Source: Camelus ferus (Eukaryota). From it: a DNA stretch of 64,000 nucleotides. The translations under genes and the position numbers were made by a program. The notes beneath the pieces are model-generated. The model ran no database searches. It worked only from the letters and a program-made list of their open reading frames with translations, and was not told where the DNA came from. Positions 40,401-55,244 of this stretch are shown here, one piece after another (within the stretch, counting starts at the first letter, position 1; each line of letters opens with the position of its first letter). The stretch covers positions 56,298,001 through 56,362,000 of the forward strand of contig NC_045697.1 of NCBI RefSeq assembly GCF_009834535.1. Direction: 5' to 3'.

Positions 40401-41601
40401 GTTTGCACTATGGGCATGCTTAAATTTTACATCTGCCCTTTCACAAAAGGCAACAATTCTATGAACCATTATCAGTGATAAACCATGATGGAAATAAACA
40501 AATTTAAAACTGAAGTAGAAATGGAAGCCAGTTCATTAATCTGATATTTGTTTTTCATTATTAGGGCAGAGAGCAAGGTTTAATAAATAAACATAAAATA
40601 TTTATTAGATATTTACAAGTGCTTATTCTGATAAAATCTAAATTCTACACATCTGAAAAAGATTTACTGGCTCAAAGATGGACTGTTGGTAAATTAAACG
40701 TTACGTTTTGAAAGTCATTTTCATTATTAATAAAACAAAGCTGTCACATTGTTAATTCTTAGTTTCCTCTGTTCCTCTGCAAAGTCGACAGTCTCTTCCT
40801 CCATAAGTAATTACCCACCTTCAGTAATGTCAGAGCAATTCTAATTTTTTTTTAATTTGAGAAATGAACATCTAATTAAAAAGTTTATATCAGTGTAAAC
40901 AGTGTGAAATAATAGAGGAATAGGGAAAGTTTGGAATTTCTACTTAATAGAAATATTTCTATGCTCCCATCTCAGGTAAGGTATAGAGGCTTTTGATTTA
41001 TAGTCTTTTCTGAAATTAAGATTACATAATTTTATAACTGGTTTCCCTTAAAGTGTTAACCAATAAATAAGGACCATAATGGAATTAAAATATCTGAGTA
41101 CCCTTCTGAGTTCTAACTGACCCATACTTGGTCCACCCTTCCCACTCCCCATCTTAATAAGCATTATCTATTTCTACTGCAAGCACAAGATTCCATTTTC
41201 TGGTTGTCCATTAACCATTAATAATTGAATCGTGATGTTTGTTATCCCAGGTTTCCCTTGGAGTGAAATAAAAGTAATTTCAAACAGCTGCAAGTGTTAA
41301 TGTACTAAATGGAATACAACCCAAATAGAATGGCACAGTGAAATAACACTATGGATATATAAATATAAGCACAGACTTACTTTTAAATATTTACAAATTT
41401 TGTAAAATGTTTCTAAGAGAAACCCAGAGACAGTTATTTCCCAGTGAATTATGATGCTTCTAAATCAAAAGCTCCCTTTTACCCTTAAGTGGTACCACAT
41501 ATTTATTGATGTGCTAAATGGTTTCAGAAAAGCAGGTGGTATCAATGCAAATAAAATAATAAGGCCAGATTTAGCTGCAGCTCTTGTGGTGTGGCCTAGC
41601 T

Positions 41602-41756
41602 CAGTGTTTCTCAAAATACAATGTGCCTCTGAGGATATTGCTAAAATGCAGAATCTGTTTCAATAGATTGGACTGGGCACTGAGATTTTGCATTTCTAAC
41701 AAGCTCCCAGATGATAGCGAGGCCACTGGTCAAGGGCTATGCTCTGAAAAGCAAGG
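41602..41756. mobile_element. MER5A hAT-Charlie DNA transposon
   Basis: cagtgtttctcaaa...gctaaaatgcagaatctg...ttgcatttctaacaagctcccagatgat. Confidence 0.8.
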
Positions 41757-41909
41757 CTTAGATTGACATTCCCCAAAGTTTGTTTCACCTAATTTTGAGA
41801 TACCTTATGAGAAGGAACAGCTTTACCAGGAGTGGCATGTTCTCTCCTTTCTTAGATTTTGATGGACATGAGCACCAAAAAAAATCACTTAGTAAGGAAG
41901 CAAACGCAA

Positions 41910-42170
41910 TTTTGTTTTATTGTGATAAGAAAAATCCGCATCATGATATCTGCCCTCTTAAATTTTTAAGTGTAAAGTACACAGTACAGTTTTGTTCACT
42001 GTAAGCACAGTGTTGTATAGCTGATCTCTAGAACTTTTGTCTTGCATAACTGAAATGTTATACCCAGTGAATAGCAATTCCTCCTTTCTCCCTCCCCTAA
42101 ATGCTGGCAGCCACCATCATCTTCTGTTTCTGTGGGTTTGACTACTTTAGATGCCTCATATAAGTAGAAT
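41910..42170 (-). mobile_element. L1MA/L1MB-like 3' end fragment
   Basis: ctcttaaatttttaagtgta...gatctctagaactt...cttgcataactgaaa...tttgactactttagatgcctcatataagtagaat. Confidence 0.8.
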
Positions 42171-42429
42171 ACAAGATTGCTTCACTATAGAACACTTCAG
42201 AATGCTTGACGGATATATAAGTAATGATCATAAGTAAGAATATATTATTTATTGAAAGCAGCTAAATCCCTATCAGATCTGCCATTAATACTTGAATGGT
42301 TTGGTATGGCATAGTCATGATTCTCAAGCTTATATGAACACAAAAAGATAAAATATTTGTGATATTTTAAAATAAAATATATAATTTAAAATAAATACTT
42401 CAAAATTACAAGCATCATAATTTGGAGGG

Positions 42430-42660
42430 AAGGAAAACAGCTTTTGTAGTCAGGTGGACATGAGTTTGATTCCCGACTTTATTTGTTATACAACTTGAGC
42501 TAATCAACTCAAGTAATATATTGAATCTTTTTAAGCCTCACTTTTCTTTCTCTGAAAAGAGACTTTTGTAGTATCATCACTACTATAGAATTTTGATGAC
42601 AATTGAAAATAACACCATGCCCTGTAAAAAGTGGGCAGTCAATAAATCAATAAACTGTTG
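42430..42660 (+). mobile_element. MIR SINE
   Basis: gcttttgtagtcaggtggacatgagtttgattcccgact...caacttgagc...taagcctcacttttctttctctgaaaa. Confidence 0.6.
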
Positions 42661-42741
42661 CTCTTTTATGATTATCTATACCAAATGATGAAATATGAGG
42701 TTGGTTAATGCCATAAATAATGTGTTTCTATTACTGCATAG

Positions 42742-42766
42742 TAACATAACATAACATAACATAACA
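42742..42766. repeat. (TAACA)5 pentanucleotide repeat
   Basis: taacataacataacataacataaca. Confidence 0.9.
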
Positions 42767-45700
42767 TAAAGTAATATAAAAAACTCTACTCCGTGATTAA
42801 AATCATGTTTTGACATGCTTTATGAGCTCTTTTTGTATTGATTTTTGATAATATGCTTTCAAAATTATTGGCAGATCTACTATTTGTCTGTACTTCAAGC
42901 TGGATAATGGAAATGATTTATACCATTTTATTGAATTTACAATGGTTAGAGTAAGCCACGTTAATTATTGCTATGTCATTTTTGCAGACTAGCAGGAACT
43001 GAGACAAAACATAAGCCAAACTAAATGTAACTATCATTAAAATGGCTCAAGTATGAGAAATCATCTAATCGGTCATGAATTGTCTTATTTTTATAAACAA
43101 AAGAAGATAATGCTTGTTTGCAAACATTCATTTTCATTGCTTTTCCCCCATTTTCTGAAATATGAGAGGTGTTTAGGTCCCTATCATATTTCTTAAATGT
43201 TTTTTGTTATTGACATTACAGCCTACACTGTCATGAATAATGAATCTGACTTTTAAAAGTAGGCGATGAAAGCTAAAAAATCTTACAGGACGAATACCAG
43301 GTGCCCATAGCCCTGAAAAGCCATCATTTTTTTTTCTTTCCAAACATATATTATTCAAAGTCAGTAAGTTTTCTGGTCCATTCATTGTTTTTAAAGTATA
43401 AATCTTTTTTGTCTAAGTTTAGTAAATTTAGGTTGAATTTAAGAACAAATTTAACCAAGGAAGAAATATTTTAACAGAGAAATTTTATCCAACTCCTGTT
43501 CAGTAGACCTTAGGTGAACAGTAGTAAATAGTTACCACTGACCATAACTGTAAGAAGAGGATCTAAACAATTAGAAAATAGACAGAAAGAAGAAATTTTA
43601 GAAAAAAAGTGTGGAAGGAAATTGAAGGTTTTGTAAGTAGTAATGTAGGGAAGGTGCTGTAATCATAATGGGCTTGGGATAGAGCAGATAATGATGGAGG
43701 GAGATTAGGCCTTCGCCTTGATGGACAAGGCTTCTGTTCATGTGGTAGGAGCTGAGAGGTACCAGTGGGGGAAAGCTAAGACCATATCCCCTGTATATCT
43801 GCTGGAATTCAGTTCTTCCGTTTCTAGTGACACTGTGACAGCTCCCCCAGTGGATTTCTGTAAGTGAAAATCAGAGACAAAGAGCTTTTATAGGAAGGAT
43901 TCCTGAAATCACAGGCTGATTCCAGAAAGCATAGGCCTTTTCCTGGTTTGATCAGGACTGGTGTTCAGCAAGTGTGTACTTTTTTGGCTCTATTAGCTGT
44001 ACATTTATTGAAATGCTTCTATCCTATTTGATAAAAAGCTGAAGCCAGGGTTATCCACATAGCCTTTTTATATGCCTAACTCAGCTTTGTCTCTGAAGTA
44101 TTTCTGAATTCTTGAAATCAGGCAGATGAAGAGGTGATGTCTGGTACAGTAGTATTTTCCAGTATTCCAGCAATATGGTGCTGTAACTTCAAACATGTAG
44201 GTCCCTGTCCAAAGCAGGTATCAAATATTTTGGCTGTCACCCTTGGGGAAGCATATTAGTTCTAAACTTTTAAAAGAAAAGCTTGAAATAGGCTTCAACA
44301 GTAAGAAAACCCTGAAATAGGCTTCAAGATGTGAGACTGGAACCAAATGGGCCCAAAGCAGAATTTTGTCTATTTAGCATTTGTCTGAGGTTCATTGAAA
44401 TGAGTGCAGCAGTACCACTAAAATGAAGTAAAATTAGAAATCTATCTTAATTGTTGAACTTAGATTACAATCATACAAAGGAGAAAAAAAACATTCATAA
44501 TCTTTTTTTTTTCTCTTGTGCTGTCATGGCCATTTACAAATACAAATACAACCATAAGTCATTCTTTTTTTTTTTTTAAACTAAGGTATTATATTTCCAG
44601 TCAGTTTCAAAATCAGTATTCCTCAACTCATCTCCTGTCACTCCCTGAATTACAAAGCAAAATCCAGGCCTCTGGCCATGTTTGAACTTGATGAGCTCTT
44701 TCATGACAAGATGCCTTGGCACATGCTGCCTCTTCTTCCTGGAATATCTGTCACCTTTTATTATACCAGTGACCCTTTCAAGGTTCAAATCAAATGACAT
44801 CTCCAATACATATTCCCTACATATGTGATGTTTTACCTAATGTAGGCGTAGCAAATAGATGACAAATGAATTATTTGAGACAAACTTTTTTTCTAACTTT
44901 TACAAAATTTAAAGAGGAGAGAAATGTTATCTGCCTTTGGAATATTACTTGTGACATTCCATTAAAAGAATAATGCTTCTAAAGTATTTTAAAAGAAGAT
45001 AATTATCTGAGTGAGAAATTAGACTGACCTACCTTATTATACTAAATAGTGAGTTTTAAGTGATTTTTGGATTGAAAAATCCTTTTTCTTCCTATTATTT
45101 CTTTTTAACATGTAACTGTCTAATTTTCTGTATCTCTGTTTACATTTTGGGATAATGGTGTATGAATAAATATGCACGTTCTAATTCTGTGACCTGAATG
45201 AATCACTTTTCAAGTAAAATACAGATGCCCTTCTGGAGGATGCCATTAAGTTAATTACAGCACATTTCATAATTGTATAGGCCTTCTTTCCCTCTATAAT
45301 ATAAAAAAAATTACTAGATATATAAGATAGAATTTTGCTATCATAAGGTCTTTTTTTACTTCAAAATAGTTTAAATGGACACTAAAATTTTATGAAGTCT
45401 ATACTTTTATTTTAGAATAAAAAGGCACATTTTAAAATATAGTGAAGTTAATGTGGAGTGATAAAACTAACAATCATGTTTTAAGTATTTCCTCATATAA
45501 CAAAGATTTTTGGTCTCGTATTTTTCATAAGGGATAAAATATGATCTGTTTTCTTGGTCCTCTTACAGCTAGCAAGGAAGTTAACCCACAGATACAAAGT
45601 CAATAAGGTTTATAGAATAATAATACATAGCAAATTCTAAGTGGTAGGCATTATTCTAAGTGACCTGGATAACTCTATGACTTGGCAGATACTCACAACA

Positions 45701-46462
45701 AATTAGTATACAGAGATAAGAATTGATTTGCCCATGATCACATGATAGTAAATGATTGATCTAGGATACAAAGCCAAGCCATGTGGCTCCAGTTTGTCCA
45801 GCTGTACTTCTGTCTCAGACGTGAAAAGAATAGGGCCTCGTCCATCAGAAGTGATGATTGCAAGAGAAATTTCCAGACAGCAAGAGAAAATAGAACAGGG
45901 TTTTGAAGAATGAAAACAATTGGATTGATAGAGACTGTGTGTGGCAGAGAGGGAAAAGAGAGGTAGCCATAAGTAAAGGAGTTATAAGAACATAGAAGTA
46001 AAGTTGAGAAAATGCAACATCTGTTCAAAGGATCTTAAACAGAGCACTTAGGACTGGATAGTTTTTATTTAGAACTGTGAGAAAGAGGAATGTGTTGGCA
46101 TGTTTGCAGTGCTTTGCTAAATATTACTTGGCACTTTATATCGTTATCTCTATAAAAATAAAATTCATCCTAAACTCATTTTCTACATAAATTGATTTTG
46201 ATGTTGAAAATTCTGTATTTTTTGTACCTTAAGTGTCAATCTTTATCATTTTCATGATACTTTCCTCTCACTGACTCCACTCAGTATATACTAAGATACT
46301 AAGACATCATCATGTCAGGAATTTACTTGCAACTCATTAAGAGGACATTTTTTTAAATGACTATGTATAATTTGGACAATAATAAAAACTTCCAGGTAAA
46401 CTTTTCCTAGACAAGAATGCTCTATCAAAAAGCAGCAGTTTATACTACTGTTTTCTTTTCAG

Positions 46463-46524
46463 GTAAACCGGTGATGATAGTGACAGAGTATATGGAAAAC
46501 GGCTCTTTAGATACATTTTTAAAG
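46463..46524 (+). CDS. EPHA5: EPHA5 exon ~13, kinase hinge (S)KPVMIVTEYMENGSLDTFLK
   Basis: Acceptor ttttcttttcag, donor AAG|GTAAGA. 62 nt, phase 1-0. Confidence 0.98.
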
Positions 46525-46974
46525 GTAAGATTTGAGATAGATGTAAGTTTTCAAAGTGCTATTCATATATTGGCAATAATATTGAAATTAAAATCCAGCT
46601 ACCTTAAAGATAGAGTTTTAAATAGAAATATCTAGAGTCAGGATAATTATACTGCAAAAATTAACTTTGGTTTGAAAGTTGTCCACTTCAAAAAACTTGT
46701 ACAAATCCAAATTACGGGTTTCTACAATTTTATTTACGTGTATGTTAATTTGCCCAAAGTAAATAAAAGAGGAAAGGAGGCAGGAAAGGAAAAAAAGAGA
46801 AGATTTTACAAGTACTTAACTCTCTCAAAGTATATAATATCAGGCAGAACAAGGAAAAATGTCTAGAGAGTCCATGAAAATCATCTGTATTAATGAAAGT
46901 GTCAAATAGATTCATACCTCACCTGAGGGCCAGCCACGCCTTGTACCAGGTATTATATAATAGTAGACAATAGT

Positions 46975-47120
46975 CAATGTCAGATCTTCCAGATTTTAGG
47001 AAGAGTTTGTTTTTAATATGCAGGTCTCCAAATTTTAAATGTTGGTAACTCATTTTATTAGTAAATAGCATGTGTTAGACAATGTAACCTGGGCTTGATT
47101 AAACTGTAGTCAGGTGGCTT
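46975..47120. mobile_element. MER103-like hAT fragment
   Basis: cagatcttccagatttt...tctccaaattttaaatgttggtaact resembles the MER103C consensus as recalled. Confidence 0.45.
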
Positions 47121-47835
47121 TTCTCCTTCAATGTAGCATCTATTGCTCTGGATGAGAAAAGTGATGGTTGGCAGCTTAATGGTGATTGTAAGAGAGGCCT
47201 GTGCGTTGACTATGACAGGTGTCCACTGGCAAGGCAAGCTTCCCTTCCAATCTCTATCCTCTACCAGATTCTACTGCCAAATTTCTTACAGATAAATTCT
47301 TCAGTCTCTTATGGTCGTATCATTCTTTTATTTCAAAATAAGCATCATTTGGGCCTAATTCTGTGTGTCTGCAGTAAGTCCAGTGCCCTTGACAAAGACA
47401 GCAGGTTTCCAAGAAATGCTAACATTATCCTGGTCATTGCTTGGTCCCCCTCCCCCTGACCTTCCACCTGCTGCTGCAGAATCTCCCTCCTTTCATCCGG
47501 CGACTTTGTCTGTCACCAGTATGCCTATCCAGCTAGCTTCTTTTAAATGACTTCAAAAATGCACAGTGTTAACCCAAGACAGGCATAAGGCTGGAGTGAT
47601 GAACACACTGCGCTGATGACTGAGAAGAAAAGAATTACAATGTGGAAAAGAGCAACTGAATGATATTTTGGACGGGGCTTTCAAAGCCGTTATCTGCTTT
47701 GACCAAGCAGGGGACTGATACGCACTACCAGGTTAACTAGATATTGCCGAACTTTTCCTATTCTCTTCAGATAGAAATTGCATGTGAATGTGGTGAGAGT
47801 GGGCATTAATTTGGGGATTGAAGGAAGATCCTTAA

Positions 47836-48126
<291 letters not shown>

Positions 48127-48464
48127 TGAAATACTAGACTACTAGACTAGGGGCGTTTAATACTTAAAGATTTTAAAGGAAAGAGCGAAAAAAAAAAAGA
48201 AGCAAAATTCCTCCAACTTAGGAAGAAAGAGAGAAGGGGGAGGGTGGATTAAAAAATCCAGCCAATTCTCCTTTCCTTATCAGAAAATTCAAATATTAAA
48301 CTCAGATAAGCCAAGTAATCACATTATGAGTTTTAATAGTTCATATTTTTCCTACAGATACTGAAAATAAAAGGTTTGAGTTTAGAGTGGATACAACATG
48401 TAAAAATCATATAAAGAATTAAATGTAAAAGGAAAAATTAAAGTGAGACTCTCCTACCTTAAAC

Positions 48465-48715
48465 GGGGTGGGAAGGGATAAAATGGGAGTTCAAAATTTG
48501 CAGATACTAACTACTATATATAAAATAGATAAATAACAATTTTCTTCTGTAGAGCACAGGCAACTATATTCAATATCTTGTATAACCTATAATGAAAACG
48601 AGTATGAAAAGGAATTATGTATGTCTATGTATGACTGAAATATGCTATATACCAGAAATTGACACAATATTGTAAACTGACTATACTTCAATAAAAAAAA
48701 TTTTTTTAAATAAAA
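48465..48715 (+). mobile_element. L1 3' UTR fragment, same family as the 38501-38860 segment
   Basis: Aligns directly with ~38600-38840 (gtgggaagggataaa..gggagttcaa.atttgcaga...ccagaaattgaca...ctgacta.acttca) and has an A tail. No TSD found. Confidence 0.85.
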
Positions 48716-51290
48716 AGTATTTGTGGGAAAAAAGCAAAAAATATATACATATATTAATGTATATAAGTATATATTTATTCATATTGTATGTGACTATATA
48801 ATATATAATCATACTATATATGAATATATTAACATGTGTAGCATTTTTGAATAGCCTAAACTCGGCACCACAGTTTCTTTACTTGTAAAACAAATATGGA
48901 AATATCTAAATCTACCTTTTTTTAACTATTCACACAGTAGGGAATAAAAGAGCTATTCCTTCAAAAAGTTTTGATTTACTAGAGGTATTTTAATGCCTAA
49001 TTACTTCTCTTTTATACCATGTAAACTGTTAAGCCCATATCTATGAAAAATTGGTCACTAATCCATATTGTCATAATTGGCATAAATCAGCATCCTTTTC
49101 CAGCGAAGTAATTGCTTCCTGAATTGATGTTATATAATCAACAGTTTTTTGTTTTTTTTTTCCCTGTGGAAAACTGTGGTATTGGTGCAACAGAATTTTT
49201 CTGGGAAGTTTATGCATTGTACTTCTTGAGTTTTAATCCTTTTTTATAAACTAGATTTGTTTAATTCTAAATCTTTTCGATATCCTCAATGCTTAAACTG
49301 TTCCCTGTGAAGACAAGAATTTGTCATTGTATCTTTTCAGTGTACAATGTGGCTAACTTTATTTCAATACAGAATACTTTAGTCCTCTTTTATTCTTATG
49401 ATAGATGGTATATATTTTCTTATTTAATTCAACATTTTAAAATTACTCCTACTCATACTCTAATAGTAAACCCTATTCATAGATTATAAGGCTGTCTTTT
49501 TATCATTATTGCAGTGTGACACATGAAGAGTTAAAGATTATACTATGCTAAAGATCAAGAGTGACTTACCTAAGCAAACAAAGCCTTCAAAGGGTCAGCT
49601 TAATAAATCAATAAATTAATTGTTGGGATGCCCCTCTTCTTCTGGACCTAATTATTGTCATTATTTGCATTAAATGAAACCTCAATTAGGAATTCTCCAG
49701 GAAATAGAGTCACGCTTAATAAGCTTGGCCTAAGCAAGGCTGAGGTTATTGAAAAAGCCATTCCCAGTATGATTGGTTGGTGTCTTAGTTAAATGCATAA
49801 AGTAAATTTGTCAAGGTCTGTGTCAGTGTGTCATTGCTAGTGGAGAGAAAGGTGGAGGGGAGCCAGAGATCCTGAGACCCTCAAGATTTACTCCCTTGAA
49901 ATGGGGCATGGTGGCACTTTGTGGAAAATCTCTCTATTGAGAGATGAAATGATAAGGGAACTTCAGGTAATATTGATACACAACATGATGGTCAGAGGAC
50001 CAAGAGAAAATTTCTAGGCTGAAATTTAAAGTAATCAACAAATTACCATTTCAAGCAGAATAGTAATAATATGTCATAGACTATCATGTTGCTACATAGC
50101 TGAACCTAATGATGTGATCTTGCCTATGAATATTTAATTAACAAAAGTATGTTTCAGAAAAGTTTTCTTAAAGTGATGTTACCATATTTCTAAGGAGCAA
50201 ATAATTCAAACTTAGTATAAATATTTCAAATTAACTTCAAGTCACAGAACAATTTCAAGCATTACATGAAACTGCTGTTTCTTCATAAGTCTTGAAACTT
50301 TGGTTTATATAGAGCAGTTTAAGTCCATTTTTTTCTAATATGTGAATTAAATTGTTCTCTTCCCACAAAGTAGGAAGGCATATGTTAGTCTTTTTATAAA
50401 AAATATTCAAAACCCATGTTTCTCTCTCCCTCTCTCTTTCTGTCTCTCTCTCCTTTAATGAATTTTACTTATAAATGAAATGTTTGGTTGCCTGGATTTG
50501 CCTGCTTTTAAAAATTAGGAAAAAGAAGTTAACCCTGAAATGGCCAGGATAGAAAAGTGTTTAATTTGTGAACTAAGAAAAAACTTACCAAATCTTTTTT
50601 TTTAACCATGTAAAACCCCCAAACTTGGTAATGTTGTAAATTTTCCCCATAATTTAATTTTAATAATTTTCAATGTGGTTGAAATAAATGAGATACCTAC
50701 CTCTTAGGTTTAAAAAAAAAACAGTTTGACCAAACAAACACAAAGATACGACAATGGCAAATTAGGGAAATCAAGTCTAAAAGAAATTGTGCAATGTCAG
50801 GAGAAATTACTAAATATTCAATATATCTGGTTTTCATGCTTATCTTATTAACTTTTAAACTTCTCAGGGTTGCATCCAGCAATCAAAGCTTTCTCTTTAC
50901 AATCCTTATATTGAAGGGAAAAGAAAGCACCCTGGGAATTTGAGTCCTTTACTTTTGAAGAAAGTCATGAAAGTTTACCTTCTTGATTTGCTTGACTGCC
51001 TGCTTTCCCCACTTAGAGCTGCCATCCTGATACTGTAATTGAGATGTGGGTCTTGAATGTGTTCCAGTAGTCAAACAGAATTTAAACCAGAAACCTTCCA
51101 GACAGCCAATTAGTAGTCAGTCTACAAGTGCTTATGGGCTGAGATATGTGAAAAGAGACTGCACGCTGTCAAACAGATTCACTTAAAAATGCTACATCTC
51201 TTTCTAGATCTTTTCAGCGAGGCAGCAGTATCCCTAGATACATTTGAAGTGTGTGGGTGAGAATTTTTTTTATTCTCTTTTCAATTTTAG

Positions 51291-51491
<201 letters not shown>

Positions 51492-51502
51492 TGAGTCAGG
51501 AG

Positions 51503-51508
<6 letters not shown>

Positions 51509-51540
<32 letters not shown>
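51509..51540. repeat. (TA)16 microsatellite
   Basis: Perfect TA run 68 nt downstream of the exon ~15 donor. Confidence 0.95.
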
Positions 51541-51545
<5 letters not shown>

Positions 51546-53094
51546 TTCTGAAAGTGATAGTTGCTTAAAAAGATGAAATACTCTTTGCTTACCCTCTGAT
51601 CCATTTTGTTGTTGTTAAAATACCCTTCACGCAGAAGCTCAAAATGAGTTAGTACAAAGGAAAGCAAGTTACTGTTATATAAAAGCTTTGTCCCTTGCCA
51701 GACAGATCTAGCTGTACTGCGGTAATGTTTCACTCATTGTATGTCAGTATCATTTTCAAAAATGAAGAAAGAGCCTTCAAAGAATGAATACTGACAGGCA
51801 AGTTTTTATGACATGCATTTGATAAAGGGAGCTAATCCTCCAAACCAAAAGGATGAATGATATTGATTTAATAGTGGATGCTCTTAGGGGATAAAAAAAA
51901 ATCTCTGTTTCTTTACATTAAAAAATGTAGGAAGAGTTGCATTGCCTATTTCATTTAGGGAAAAAACAGATTTTTTTCCCACATGGATAAATAATTCAAG
52001 CTTAGAATAATAGAATCCTGGAATTAAAAGAACCATGAAAGAAACCTCTATTCAAGTTCACAATGATGCCTGACTACATGGCTCTTTGGGCTTTGCTTTT
52101 GTAATTTTTCCATTGTTACTATTCAGTACAGCCCTTTCCATTTTGGATCACACTGAAATTTGATGTTTTTTCTTCAAAAAAAAAAAAAACAATTATGAAA
52201 GCTAACATTTATTGATCCCTTACTATATGCCATACACTCTTTTAAGTGATTTACCTCCTGGTAGCTCATTAATTCTTTATAAAACCAGTATATTGAACAG
52301 TCTTATCTCAATATCATGCTGATTTAAAGCATTTCTTTTTTCTCCAATTACTTCTTTCACCCATGCTCTGTAAAATTTCCCTCTCCCATGCCTTCAGGGA
52401 TTATTAGACAGGTATACAGCTCTCTGACTGCACTTTGTTGAATCACCAGTACCATGCCACTAATTAAGGCTCACTTTCAGATATAAAAATTCAAATCCAG
52501 TCTAAATAAGATTCAATCCTATATCCACTTCAAAGTGTTTTCCACAACTGCAGGGCCAGCCTGACACTAGGTAGCAAGATCGGGAAGGAAGAATTGTCAG
52601 ATTTTTGCTCTCCTCTCTGCAAGTTAAAAAGGAGGAGGTACTCCAAGTCTCAGAGTTCCTCTCACTCGCCACCTGCTCCCCACCTCACAGTACCTTACAC
52701 ATGTCTGCTTCCCCCCAGGAAAGCACAATCCCGTTGGACGTTCTACCAGTGTTCCCGCTCTTAGAGACTATTGCAGGTGCCTTAGCCAGCCCGCCTTCTT
52801 CAAATTTTCCCAGATGAGAAGCCAGGGTCACACTGGATTTCCCAAGAAATATTTCATAGCCTTCTTCTCGGATAGCGATAGTCAAGGTAGGCTGATGGAC
52901 TCCTGCCTCCCAACAAGCACACAGCAAGGCAGCGAACCTCCCCTTCTTTTAGTTATCTAAAATCGAAAATGGGTTTTCCCTGTGCCCTACTCGCTTGGCT
53001 TAGTGAAGGGATGCTGACTTGTGTTTCTCTAAATCTGAGAGAATATAGGATCTATTGTCTTCAACTTTACAAGTTTAGGGACAGGACTATAGCT

Positions 53095-53230
53095 ATAGTA
53101 TTGAACTCTTGTTATAGATTTAACAACCCGTCAGAGAGATACTGTTATTCCCATTTTGCAATTAAGAAACTGAGCCCTAAGAGGTTAAGTGACTTTCTTA
53201 AGGCCAAAAAATAATCAAAGTTATACCAGA
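53095..53230 (-). mobile_element. MIR core
   Basis: tactgttattcccattttgcaattaagaaactgagccctaagaggttaagtgactttcttaaggcca. Confidence 0.8.
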
Positions 53231-53799
53231 AATTTCACACTGGTTCTCCAAAATTTTTACACCTAACCACGACACAGTCTCCAGTTGAATCAATGTCTCC
53301 GTCCTCCCTTTCATTTCCAACCAGCGATCCTAGATCAGCCTTCTAAGTGAATATAAAATATTCAGTTCAATATATAATGATTATTCTGGATTGATCTAGT
53401 CTAGACAAAGACCAGACTTATTTGCTACTTTCTGCTCTCCAGATAAATGCCAAATGCTAACTTGAGATACATGGTTTGGCTTCTCACTTTCCAATGTCAT
53501 ATTTTCCTCTAGTGTTTGTGAAAGTATTGTATTCCATCATGCCAGCAAGCCTCCTCCCTTCACTCAAGGATAGCATTTGTCCGTTATTTGCCTGGTGTTA
53601 TAACTCCTTCTCACACTTGAGATATTTTGAATTCTGATTCTGTCACTCAGAATTCTTAGTCCTTCCCAACTATGTGTGTAGCATTGTTATCCACATTATT
53701 GACGGTTTTGCTTGATATAGCTGTATCTGTCACAAATAAAATAATAGATCAAAGTAGAACATGATGCCAGGTAAATGAATGCTCATAAGTATCTCTGCT

Positions 53800-54030
53800 A
53801 TCTTGTGCTTGCTCATGCTTCTGGGGATTGGCTGATCTTTGCCAGTACACCTTGGCTCTGCTCCAAGTGGCCCGTATCTTTGTTCAGAGACCAGCAGGCT
53901 AGCCAAGCTATGAGCTCATTTACCCCGTGGCTGAAGGGTGAGAATGAGCCCAATTGCACTTCAGCCGGCAGCTTTCCACTGTCCAATCCATTAATCAGAG
54001 AAGCAGTCCAATCACACTGCTTGTTATGAA
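53800..54030. mobile_element. MLT1-like (MaLR) LTR fragment
   Basis: ggctctgctccaagtg...gaccagcaggctagccaag resembles old MLT1H/I/J sequence. Confidence 0.5.
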
Positions 54031-55222
54031 TAGACAATATAAAGCTGCAGGGAAAAGGACAGCGAAACAAGGTGTGAAGGATTGGGAACAAATTTTTTTT
54101 TTCTGATTTCAGCCATTTGAGTCTTGATACTCTTTCAGATAACTTTATTTCAGGCTATTTAGAAACATACAAGGGAGTGCTGATATAATATTTTCAGGAC
54201 CTTATAAAAATAAAAACTAATATTTTGGCTTTGGCTGGGTTTTCCAAAAATCTAAATGAAGTTTACAGAAAATGATTATACAATTAAAGATCTTTCTAAA
54301 ATGTCAGCCTTTATTAGTTTCTAATACATGCTTTACATTTTCTCAGCAAGTTCGCTATCATTTGTGGCATTTAGTTTCTAGATATGCCATTAGGTTTGAT
54401 ATGCCTCAATTTCTATCTACATAAGTATCCAACAATATAACAGATCTACTGCATTTGAAAATTGTGATTACTGAATATCTCTTTTGGAAAAAAGATTCTC
54501 GGACAGCAAAGCAGAAATACTGATTTGGCAGTTTTGAATGATGTATTGCATCATCTCTACATGCCAGATACTGTCTGAATCTAAAAGGGCTTGGTCACCA
54601 CAAAAAATGTTACATTGCTAAGACATGCAGAATAATCTAAGTCCCTCAAGGAGACCTTCCGCTGTGTAAAGGGGACAGAATGCTGCAGTAGGTTTCTTTT
54701 GATTTAGGATTGCCTCTGTCATCACAGAGAAAAACCGTAACAACACATAATGAAAATAAACTAAAATGACTAAGATGATTTTAGGTAAATATCAGACCAT
54801 GAACTCTGATTCAGGCTTGGGAAAACTAAGATAATATCCTATAGTCAGTAGAAACTTCTTTATTGATAGCAAACATTTTAAATGTCAACATTTTTCAGAA
54901 CTTAAAAAACAAATAAGAGATTTTCATTGCATTGCATTTTTATATTTAGTGAGTCTTTCTCATGTATTTATTCAGAAATGTATGAATACATAGTGTATAC
55001 TAAGCACATAAATTGCAAAATGTTTTAAAAACTTATCTAAGTAATCCGTTTTTAATTTTTTTTTAGGAAGTCAGTTTTCTATTACCATTTATGTTGGCCT
55101 TGATCTTACCTTTATAGCAGCAAAAATATTTGACTCCAAAAGGATGTCAGACCACTTTGTACTGGGTGTGCTTTCTTCCTCTTTCTATTCTTTGTTTCAG
55201 TTTCTGATGGGATAGAATGATA

Positions 55223-55244
55223 TGTGTGTGTGTGTGTGTGTGTG
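55223..55244. repeat. (TG)11 microsatellite
   Basis: Perfect TG run. Confidence 0.95.

Noticed and set aside
48440..48730. TSD for the second L1 fragment
   Set aside because: No matching flanking duplication was found, so no insertion mechanism is claimed.
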